The notes beneath the pieces were generated by a model, which made no database searches, had not been told where the DNA came from, and worked only from the letters and a program-made list of their open reading frames with translations. Of a DNA stretch of 64,000 nt, positions 56,984 through 64,000 are shown piece by piece (positions within the stretch are counted from its first letter, which is position 1; every line of letters begins with the position of its first letter). The stretch comes from Oscillospiraceae bacterium (GTDB lineage Bacteria; Bacillota; Clostridia; Oscillospirales; CAG-382). Location of the stretch: positions 26,035 through 90,034 of the forward strand of contig SVQU01000004.1 of assembly GCA_015065165.1 (NCBI GenBank), in the 5' to 3' direction. A program made the position numbers and the translations under genes.

Positions 56984-59107
56984 TTATTCGCCGTCTGCGT
57001 TGTCATTTGCTTCGCTTTCGGTTGAAGCGATATTGTTGCGGTTAAGACGTTCGATAATATAATCTGCCGCCGCCTCGCCGCTGGAACCAAGATTGTAGAA
57101 ATAGCTGTGCTTCAATTCATCAATCTGCTCGTAATAATTGTCCTTGTTGGCAATTAAGTTGTCAACAACGCTTGCGATATTCTTTGCTTCGTCCTTTTCA
57201 ATGGAAATACCAATGGTATCTCTTGCGGTAATATCAAAGGGCTTAAGCTTAATCTTTTGATAATCCTTGTTAACAACCTTCATTTCGGTGTTGATAAACA
57301 AGGTGGGCTTGTTGGTGGTAAAGCTGAATTCATAAGCAATCGCCGACCAGTCGGTGATAACCAAATCCGCTGTGTAAATGGTTACGTTAGAGGAAAAGTC
57401 GGTTTCGATGGAAAAGTCAGGTCCAAACTTGTCCTTGTATTTTTCAATAATAGATTCTATCTGCAAGGGGAATCTGCGGATATACTGGGGGTGAGGACGA
57501 ACGATAACGCGATATTTGTCGCAAATCAAGCTTTCCAGCATATCGTCAAGACAGCTGTCAAGAAGGTTATCGTACTGCCAGGAGGGTGCAACCAAAATGG
57601 TAGGCTTTTCGTTCTCCTTCTTTTCGCTTCCCTCGTATGCGGCAATCATATTGTCGATAAGACCGTAACCAATCTTAACAATACGCTTTTTCTTGGTGTT
57701 TCTCAGCTGTTCCATCTGGCGAACCTCAACACCCTGCTGACGGCTAACCGCAAAAATGGTGTCAAAGTAGTCAAATGCACCTGTTCTGTAGGTAAGGTTC
57801 AACGAAGTACATCCGTGGTCGGTGTAAACGTATTCGATGTTGGGATTCATTTTCGAACGCTTGATGTGGTATTTCTCAAGGTCGGGTGTGGTCATAACCA
57901 CCATCTTACATTCAAGCTTCATCATCAAGGCAATCAATTGGTTGCCGCTGATGTAATAGGGCTTAATCTGGTCAATACCGCATTCGAAAATCTTATCCTT
58001 GGGGTCGCTTGTGATGTAATAAATAGGCTCGTCGGTTTTTTCAAGCAAAGCCTTAATAATATTTTCAAAATACTTATAAAAACCGCTTTGCTCGGAATAG
58101 AACATAAGGTTCATTTTTTGCAAAGTGTCGCCCTTGCACAATTCCTTGTAATGCTGCTTTGAAAGCTTTTTGTTCTGCTTTTCAATTTCTGCATTTTCCT
58201 TGGCTTTCGCCTTCATTTTGTTCAACGTGTCGTAATCAATGTATTCCTTGGGACTGTACATCCAGTTCATAAGATACATAACGGGGATAGAAAAGAGGTT
58301 ACCGAATATCCAGTAAATACCGATAGCAGCGGGAACGAGAAAAGCAAAGTAAGCGGAGAAGGCAATCATAAAAATTGTCATACCCCATTGAGAAGCCGCG
58401 TTTTGCTCTATCTGAAGAACGTTAATTTTGTTCTGGATAATGCACATTATAAGCGCGCTTAAGCCCGCAAAAACAGGTACAAGGAACAAAAGGGTTAAAC
58501 CCCACTGGGGAATAGCAGAAAGGTCGATTCCCAAGAAATTCATCTTAATAGAGTTCATTTGCTCAAGGAATCCGCCAACGTCCATACCCGAAAGGGCATC
58601 GCTCTGCAAGGATAAAAATGCATCCTTGTGCTCGCTCTGCGCCGCTAAACGCATAGCCACCAATTCGGGGGAAGAACCCAAATCGGTTGTGCCCATAATG
58701 GCCGACGCTTTGTTAACAAAAGCATCAATAACATGCTGGGGAAAATGAAGTATATGCTTCATCGGGCGGTAAACAACGTCGATAAGACCGAAAATCAAGG
58801 GCAACTGAATCAAAAGAGGAATAACACCCATAATAGGGCTGTATTTTTCCTTTTTATAAAGCTCGCTCTGTGCATCGATAAAAGCGTCCTTATCGTCAAC
58901 GTAGCGATACTTCAAGGCTTCCAGCTCAGGCTTCATTTTAATCATTTTAATGGAATTCTTCTGCACCAAAATGTTAATGGGCATAAGAATCACCTTTGTG
59001 AGCAACGTGAAAACTATGATAGCAATACCGTAATTCTTAATTATATCATAGCAAAATTTCATAAGGTATCCCAAAGGAGTACCCAAAAGATTACTGATAA
59101 AATCCAT
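56984..59107 (-). CDS. fusion protein: N-terminal YidC/Oxa1-type membrane insertase domain plus C-terminal CDP-glycerol glycerophosphotransferase (TagB/TagF)-like domain
   Basis: aa 1-300: YGIAIIVFTLLTKVILMPI..., MKPELEALKYRY, PLLIQLPLIFGL and GIYWIFGNLFSIP (YidC signatures). aa ~335-700: ILVAPSWQYDN, VRPHP and LVITDWSAIAYEFSFTTNKPTLFI (TagF-like signatures). Confidence 0.75.
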   Translation of the reverse strand: MDFISNLLGTPLGYLMKFCYDIIKNYGIAIIVFTLLTKVILMPINILVQKNSIKMIKMKPELEALKYRYVDDKDAFIDAQSELYKKEKYSPIMGVIPLLIQLPLIFGLIDVVYRPMKHILHFPQHVIDAFVNKASAIMGTTDLGSSPELVAMRLAAQSEHKDAFLSLQSDALSGMDVGGFLEQMNSIKMNFLGIDLSAIPQWGLTLLFLVPVFAGLSALIMCIIQNKINVLQIEQNAASQWGMTIFMIAFSAYFAFLVPAAIGIYWIFGNLFSIPVMYLMNWMYSPKEYIDYDTLNKMKAKAKENAEIEKQNKKLSKQHYKELCKGDTLQKMNLMFYSEQSGFYKYFENIIKALLEKTDEPIYYITSDPKDKIFECGIDQIKPYYISGNQLIALMMKLECKMVVMTTPDLEKYHIKRSKMNPNIEYVYTDHGCTSLNLTYRTGAFDYFDTIFAVSRQQGVEVRQMEQLRNTKKKRIVKIGYGLIDNMIAAYEGSEKKENEKPTILVAPSWQYDNLLDSCLDDMLESLICDKYRVIVRPHPQYIRRFPLQIESIIEKYKDKFGPDFSIETDFSSNVTIYTADLVITDWSAIAYEFSFTTNKPTLFINTEMKVVNKDYQKIKLKPFDITARDTIGISIEKDEAKNIASVVDNLIANKDNYYEQIDELKHSYFYNLGSSGEAAADYIIERLNRNNIASTESEANDNADGE

Positions 59108-59128
59108 AATTAACCTTCACTTTAAAAA

Positions 59129-59665
59129 TCAATTAAATCCGAAAATCATCTTTCCGTAAATTTCTTCAAATTCCACTTCGGGTTTTTCCCAAAAACGCGA
59201 ATCGTTGGATTTTGCTCGGTTGTCCCCCAAAAGGAAATATCCGTTTTCTGTCAGTACAATCGGACCGAAGTTGTCATCCTCGTCAAAAACAAAGTAATCA
59301 TCGTCAATTGCGCTTCCGTTTATAAAAACTCTGCCACCGCGAATCTCAACCGTTTCGTTAGGAAGTCCTATAACACGTTTAACGATGTGTCCCTTTGTGA
59401 TAGCTTCTCGCTGAAAAACAATCACGTCTCCGCGCTTTGGCGTTTCGTTTTTATAAGGAATGGAGGAAACCAGAATAAAATCTCCGTCTGAAAGAGTGGG
59501 GGACATAGAATCCCCGCTAACTCTGGTAAGTCGAAAGAGAAGAAAACTGCATATAAAGGCAAGCGCAAGCGCCGCCGAAACTAAAATCAAAAATTTATAT
59601 TCCGGATTCAAACGCTTGCGGTGTCTGTCAGAAGAATTATTCTTCGCCTTCGTTATCAAAATCAT
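59129..59665 (-). CDS. lepB: signal peptidase I
   Basis: VSGDSMSPTL (catalytic Ser), VKRVIGLP (Lys) and GDNRAKSNDSR boxes. The start is uncertain: ATG 59665 or TTG 59704. Both overlap the upstream gene. Confidence 0.85.
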   Translation of the reverse strand: MILITKAKNNSSDRHRKRLNPEYKFLILVSAALALAFICSFLLFRLTRVSGDSMSPTLSDGDFILVSSIPYKNETPKRGDVIVFQREAITKGHIVKRVIGLPNETVEIRGGRVFINGSAIDDDYFVFDEDDNFGPIVLTENGYFLLGDNRAKSNDSRFWEKPEVEFEEIYGKMIFGFN

Positions 59666-59930
59666 CAAATTCGCCGTTGTCGTCGATTTCTTCGGTCTGT
59701 TCAACGGGTGCTACAGGCTTGCTTTCGTCCTTGTTGCGACGAAGCTTTCTCTTGATTTTGTTAAAGTAGAAACCAAGAGTAGCACCGCTGACAACAACGA
59801 TACCAACCACAACCTGAACGATGTAGGTCATAGCCGAGGGGTCGATATATGCGCCGGCAGTCAACGCCATTGCAATCATACCCATTACGAAAAACAAACA
59901 AAAGGTAAGGATAGATAAAGCTTTTTTCAT
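59637..59930 (-). CDS. small two-TM membrane protein with an acidic C-terminal tail
   Basis: 97 aa. RBS AGAGG. Two hydrophobic helices, then KIKRKLRRNK and EEIDDNGEFDDFDNEGEE. Confidence 0.6.
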   Translation of the reverse strand: MKKALSILTFCLFFVMGMIAMALTAGAYIDPSAMTYIVQVVVGIVVVSGATLGFYFNKIKRKLRRNKDESKPVAPVEQTEEIDDNGEFDDFDNEGEE

Positions 59931-59951
59931 AATAAAACCTCTTTGTATATA

Positions 59952-61844
59952 TTAATAAAATTTATTCTTGTCGTCGGTGATGTCGTGGGTTTCAATTAAC
60001 TTCCAGTTGTCGAAATCCGCCGCGTTGCCGATGATTTCATATACGTAATACTTAACTTCGTCATAACTGCCGCTGGAGGATGCCGACTTGTAATAATAAC
60101 GTACTACTTCATCGTTTTCGCCGATTTCGTCCAAGGGCGTGCCGTACAAGCTGTAATCGCCGCCCACGCTCTTAATAAGAGTAGCGGGGATGTTGTCTGT
60201 GCAAACAGGCGCCGAGGACCAGGTCAATTTCGTACCCGAGCTTTTCGAGGGTTTATAGAATAAACCAAGTCTTGTTGCCGCCAAAACAGGCTTCTTGTCC
60301 CCTTGGTGCATACCGTGGTCGCCGGTGATGATAATTGTTGCATCATCGTAAATGCCCAATTCCTTCATTCTGTCAAAGGTGGCGTAAAGAATATTCATAC
60401 AACCCATCAACTGTTCGGTAACCGAGGTTTCGGTTTCGCTTAACTTACCCTCCGATGTCAAGGTGTAGGGAGCGTGAGGTCCGTTAAAGTGATAGAACTT
60501 AAAGTTGCTTTGATTTCTGTCCGCAACGGCGGTTTTAAATCCGTCTGCATATTCGTGGTCGGCAAAAACGTAGGTTTTTGAATCGTCCGAAACCAAAACG
60601 TCTTGGTTGAAATAGTTGGTGTCTGCCCAATAGAAGGGTTTAAGGTTAATTGGCAAATAGCGGTAAGCGGAAAGCTCCAATAATTTGCTTAACATCACCT
60701 TTTTGTTAATTTCCTTGGGCGCGCCCGATTGAGAGTTAATTACGTATTGTGCAACGTAATCGGGGTCGGAGAAGAGGGAATAAACGTCGGTGTAAAATTC
60801 AGAGGTGAATCCTGCGCCCGAAAGGTCTCTTAACAAATCCTTGCCGTCCTGCTTCCAGGAATCCTTATAGAATTTCTCGGTGGGGACGTTATATGCAAGG
60901 TCCTCACAGCCTGTCAACATCTGGTTAAGTGCAGGCTGAGTTCTTGCAAATGCAGAGATAGCGTTGTTATATCCGGTAAATCCGTCTAACGGCTCGAGAA
61001 AATCGGGGTCTTCGTCAAGAACGCGCTGTATGTAATCAAAATCCAATCTGTCTAAAACAAAAACAAATACGTTGTCTTTAGAGGAATATTCGTACATACC
61101 CTTTGTGGTAAGCTGGCACTCCTCCATTTCCACGTTGCCCATATCGTAAAGCCCTGCGAATATACCCACAGAGGAGAAAAATTGAATAAAAATGATAAAC
61201 GCAGAAACGTAATATATTGCGTTGGTCCACATTTTGCGGTTGAGATACATCAAAAGATAAAATGCTGCGTAAACGATAAACCAAACCGCAACACTCCAAA
61301 TCATTTCGCTGCGCATTTCCGCCCAAGGGATGGCATCTCCCGTAAGTGCGCCCAGCGAACCGTTAAGAAACATAGATTGAATGTATGCCGCAACGGTAGA
61401 TGAGAAAATAAAACCGACGATATAGTTAAATATCTTTCCCTTTAAAAGCGACAGCAGAAGCGAAAGAACCGCCGTTACTGCCAGCATGGTTGTAACCAAC
61501 AGCCATACGATGTCCTTATAACCGAACACCAAGGAATCACCGCTGAAAGCCACCAATTCCAAAGGACCGAAGAATATAAAGGTAAAGCATGCGGCGAATA
61601 TAGCCACTGCAGATATCAAAAGACGCTTTCGATAGCTTCTTTTGTCTGTCCATAATGCAGAAAGCTTTTTTGAAAGTTGTGATTTTTCTTTGGGTTTCAA
61701 GTTGTCTTTGTTTGTAACCTCTGTTTTTTTACAGGAAGCATCGTTTGCATCATCTGCGCCCGAGGTTCTGTTTACAATTTCGTTGTCCGAGGAGGTGTTT
61801 TCAACCTCGGTTTCCGAAACGTTTGTGTCCATTTCGTTATTCAA
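59952..61844 (-). CDS. LtaS-like (sulfatase/alkaline-phosphatase superfamily) polytopic membrane protein
   Basis: A ~75-aa hydrophilic N-terminus, five TM helices, then an extracytoplasmic domain with FVFVLDRLDFDY, FARTQPAL and IIITGDHGMH. The TTG start at 61844 lies 9 nt after GGGAGA. Confidence 0.75.
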   Translation of the reverse strand: MNNEMDTNVSETEVENTSSDNEIVNRTSGADDANDASCKKTEVTNKDNLKPKEKSQLSKKLSALWTDKRSYRKRLLISAVAIFAACFTFIFFGPLELVAFSGDSLVFGYKDIVWLLVTTMLAVTAVLSLLLSLLKGKIFNYIVGFIFSSTVAAYIQSMFLNGSLGALTGDAIPWAEMRSEMIWSVAVWFIVYAAFYLLMYLNRKMWTNAIYYVSAFIIFIQFFSSVGIFAGLYDMGNVEMEECQLTTKGMYEYSSKDNVFVFVLDRLDFDYIQRVLDEDPDFLEPLDGFTGYNNAISAFARTQPALNQMLTGCEDLAYNVPTEKFYKDSWKQDGKDLLRDLSGAGFTSEFYTDVYSLFSDPDYVAQYVINSQSGAPKEINKKVMLSKLLELSAYRYLPINLKPFYWADTNYFNQDVLVSDDSKTYVFADHEYADGFKTAVADRNQSNFKFYHFNGPHAPYTLTSEGKLSETETSVTEQLMGCMNILYATFDRMKELGIYDDATIIITGDHGMHQGDKKPVLAATRLGLFYKPSKSSGTKLTWSSAPVCTDNIPATLIKSVGGDYSLYGTPLDEIGENDEVVRYYYKSASSSGSYDEVKYYVYEIIGNAADFDNWKLIETHDITDDKNKFY

Positions 61845-62015
61845 AACATCATCTCCCTATTATATTAATCCAAACATAATCATAATACCACAAAACAAAG
61901 ATAAATGCAATAGAAAACAGAAATTTGTCAAACTGCGATAGACGGTTGCAAAAGGATTCTGCATATGCTATAATACCGAAACAAAACTATAAATAAAAAC
62001 AGGGAAAACACAGTG

Positions 62016-62537
62016 ATGAATTTACGCCTTGCAACAATTGAAGAATTCGAAAATATACGTGCCTTTTATCATCATATAACCGATTGGCTTGATACCGTCC
62101 CCTACGGCCCCGGATGGAAAAAGGACATTTACCCATCCCCCGAGGAATTAACCGATGCGTTAACCAAAAACGAACTGTGGGTGTATGAGCTCAACGGTGA
62201 ATATGCGGGAGCAATGGTGGTAAACAGCGCATCCAACGAGGGTTATTCCCAAGTGAAATGGCACGTAGATGCAAAGGATAACGAAATAACCTTAATTCAC
62301 GCCCTTGGTGTAAAGCCGGAATATCAGGGCAGGGGAATCGCATCGGAAATGGTAAAGCACGCCATCGACCTTGCCAAATCAAAAAAACACAAGGCTTTGC
62401 GCTTGGATGTCCTCCAAGGAAACCTCCCCGCCGAAAGACTCTATCCAAAGCATGGCTTCGTCTATGTTGATACCGTAGAAATGTTCTATGAAGATACAGG
62501 ACTTGCCAATTACGAGCTTTACGAATTGCCCCTTTAA
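62016..62537 (+). CDS. GNAT family N-acetyltransferase
   Basis: GVKPEYQGRGIASEMVKHAIDLAK (acetyl-CoA motif A). Confidence 0.85.
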   Translation: MNLRLATIEEFENIRAFYHHITDWLDTVPYGPGWKKDIYPSPEELTDALTKNELWVYELNGEYAGAMVVNSASNEGYSQVKWHVDAKDNEITLIHALGVKPEYQGRGIASEMVKHAIDLAKSKKHKALRLDVLQGNLPAERLYPKHGFVYVDTVEMFYEDTGLANYELYELPL

Positions 62538-62548
62538 AAAAGCATACA

Positions 62549-62581
62549 AAAAACACCGCAGAATTTTCTGCGGTGTTTTTT
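62549..62581. terminator. bidirectional terminator between convergent genes
   Basis: AAACACCGCAGA / TCTGCGGTGTTT flanked by an A-run and a T-run. Confidence 0.85.
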
Positions 62582-62604
62582 ACGTATTAATTGTTTTGCG
62601 TTAA

Positions 62605-63591
62605 TTAGTCAGCGAGAGTCAAGCCAACGTAGTGAGCAAAGTTCTTGCCGTTGTTGATGCCTGCGCCAAAGCCTGCATATACAGCGTTTTCGTCTTCGCC
62701 CTGTTCAACGGTGATGTCAACTTCTTCACATGCAGCAGAGAAAGCATAACCGATTACGTTGCCTGCTTTAGCTTCATAACCGATACCGCCTGCGATTGCA
62801 GTCCAGGGAATTGCCTGTTCGTAAATTTCGTTGTCGAAGCCGCCGAGCTTGATTTCATATTTGTAAGCAGGGTCAGCGGTAACAGCGCCGAAGTGGTCAG
62901 CACAAATTTTGTCGCCGTTGGGTTGAGCAGTGTTGGTCCATTCGCTTGCAAAGCCTGCGTTGTAAGCATCGCCCCATTCCCAAGAAGCGCCAACGGGAGG
63001 AATGTATTTGGGATCGGTAGGATCGCCGAGAATAACCGCGCTCATAACGTGTCTTCTGTCGAAGATGTAAGGACGAACGGTAAGATAGTCGGTGTTTTCA
63101 TAGGTTCTGGGCTTGCCGGAGCCAAGAGAAACAGCGGTGTAAAGATAGGTTTCATCCCAAGAAATGTAAAGCTTGGGTTCATAGTCTGCAGCGGTTTCGG
63201 TAGAACCGATGTTCCAGATAAGCTCGTCTGCGTCAAATTCGAAAACGGTTTCGTATTCGTCAGCGGAAATTACACCGTCAACTTCAACTGCGCCGGGAGC
63301 CTTTTTGATTTCGTAATCATCGTATTCAACGGGTTCGAAAACTTCGGGTTCTTCTTCTTCTTCGGAAGATTCATCGCCAGAAGATTCAACAGTAGAAGAT
63401 TCAACAGTAGAAGATTCAACAACGGAAGATTCAACAACAGAAGATTCAACGGTGGAAGAAGAAACCTTGGATTCTTCCTTGGGTGCGGAATTTGCATTAG
63501 AGAATGCGGGGGTGCTGCTTTCATCGGAACCTCCGCAAGCAACAAGGGAAAATACTAAAAGCAGTGTCAAGAGTAAAGTTAAAAATCTCAT
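62605..63591 (-). CDS. lipoprotein with a Ser/Glu/Val repeat linker and a CBM9/DOMON-like carbohydrate-binding domain
   Basis: I chose the ATG at 63591 after GGAGG, giving MRFLTLLLTLLLVFSLVACGG (lipobox). The linker is VESS(V/T) x5 plus an EEEEE run. The C-terminal domain has KLYISWDETYLYTAVSL. Confidence 0.7.
   Translation of the reverse strand: MRFLTLLLTLLLVFSLVACGGSDESSTPAFSNANSAPKEESKVSSSTVESSVVESSVVESSTVESSTVESSGDESSEEEEEPEVFEPVEYDDYEIKKAPGAVEVDGVISADEYETVFEFDADELIWNIGSTETAADYEPKLYISWDETYLYTAVSLGSGKPRTYENTDYLTVRPYIFDRRHVMSAVILGDPTDPKYIPPVGASWEWGDAYNAGFASEWTNTAQPNGDKICADHFGAVTADPAYKYEIKLGGFDNEIYEQAIPWTAIAGGIGYEAKAGNVIGYAFSAACEEVDITVEQGEDENAVYAGFGAGINNGKNFAHYVGLTLAD
63364..63453. repeat. 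in-frame 15-bp tandem repeat (about 6 units) inside the lipoprotein gene
   Basis: Units of (A/G)GAAGATTCAAC(A/G)(A/G)(T/C) at 63379, 63394, 63409, 63424 and 63439, plus a degenerate unit at 63364. Confidence 0.9.
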
Positions 63592-63852
63592 AAAGTCCTC
63601 CATAAAAAATTTGTTCAAATTAAGTTTTTTGCAACGTTAATTTGACGACTGCATTACTGTATAATTTTATCATCAAATGTTATTTCTTTCAATTGGCATT
63701 TTGACAAATCTTTATGTTCAATTTAGTGTGTTTTTAACAAATGATATTAACAGTTTGAAAACGGTTGTTATATGCTGTTATATAAACTTGTAAAATATAA
63801 GTTGTTATGATATAATATGGTGAAAGTGAAAGAAAAAAGGAGGTTATACGCA

Positions 63853-64000
63853 ATGCTTAAGTTTTTAAAGAAAAATAAAGAAAAAATCAGCGAAAAACTT
63901 CTTTGTGATATAGAAGAATATATAGATGAGCATTTCCTTGATATACAAGAGTATCTGGATGAACACCTAATTAAGTATAATCATCGTATTCGTGCATCAC
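63853..64000 (+). CDS. N-terminal fragment of a hypothetical protein (3' end outside window)
   Basis: An ATG preceded by AAAGGAGG. The frame is open to the window edge (MLKFLKKNKEKISEKLLCDIEEYIDEHF...). Confidence 0.45.
   Translation, partial: MLKFLKKNKEKISEKLLCDIEEYIDEHFLDIQEYLDEHLIKYNHRIRAS

Noticed and set aside
1-64000. Mobile element, prophage or defence island
   Set aside because: - No integrase, transposase, recombinase, restriction-modification, toxin-antitoxin or phage structural signatures were recognised in any frame.
- Composition looks uniform by eye across the window.

Overview
This looks like a chromosomal window from a spore-forming Firmicute. The Clostridia-like assignment rests only on gene content and order (spoIIR, AddAB, BioY/BirA, Zn-ribbon ribosomal proteins). 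I saw no rRNA, tRNA, CRISPR array, cas gene, transposase or integrase.

Layout:
1. 0-8.8 kb: ispE-spoIIR-addB-addA plus a small, translationally coupled HIRAN-like gene. The operon ends in a 4 x 41-bp perfect tandem repeat upstream of its terminator.
2. A convergent bioY/birA pair.
3. 10.5-23.2 kb: a cysteine-rich possible spore-coat-type protein, an orphan protein, a YfhO-family envelope protein, a Na/Pi cotransporter, a MacB-type ABC fusion, a phosphoglucomutase and a TSCPD protein.
4. 23.6-39.0 kb: the complete S10-spc-alpha ribosomal supercluster (rpsJ to rplQ, with secY, adk, map, infA, rpmJ, rpoA). infA (apparent CTG start) and rpmJ (37 aa) are missing from the supplied ORF track and were found by reading the sequence.
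5. 39-52 kb: an amino-sugar-type operon, metA, tsaC-coaE-SLT-M18 aminopeptidase, DUF3343 plus a class V desulfurase, and a 1015-aa lipoprotein with discoidin-like repeats.
6. 52.0-52.2 kb: an intergenic array of identical 9-mers, 3 (+1 degenerate) forward and 4 reverse-complement. Every spacer between them is a different small hairpin. This is the most unusual object in the window and I cannot assign it to any element class I know.
7. 52.3-61.8 kb: a minus-strand envelope-polymer cluster. It holds an LtaS-like sulfatase, a small membrane protein, signal peptidase I, a YidC-TagF-like fusion protein, a wHTH-LicC-like cytidylyltransferase and a Fe3+/phosphonate-type ABC importer.
8. A GNAT acetyltransferase and a CBM9-like lipoprotein with an in-frame 15-bp repeat.

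All functional calls come from motif recognition by eye. No database search was run.
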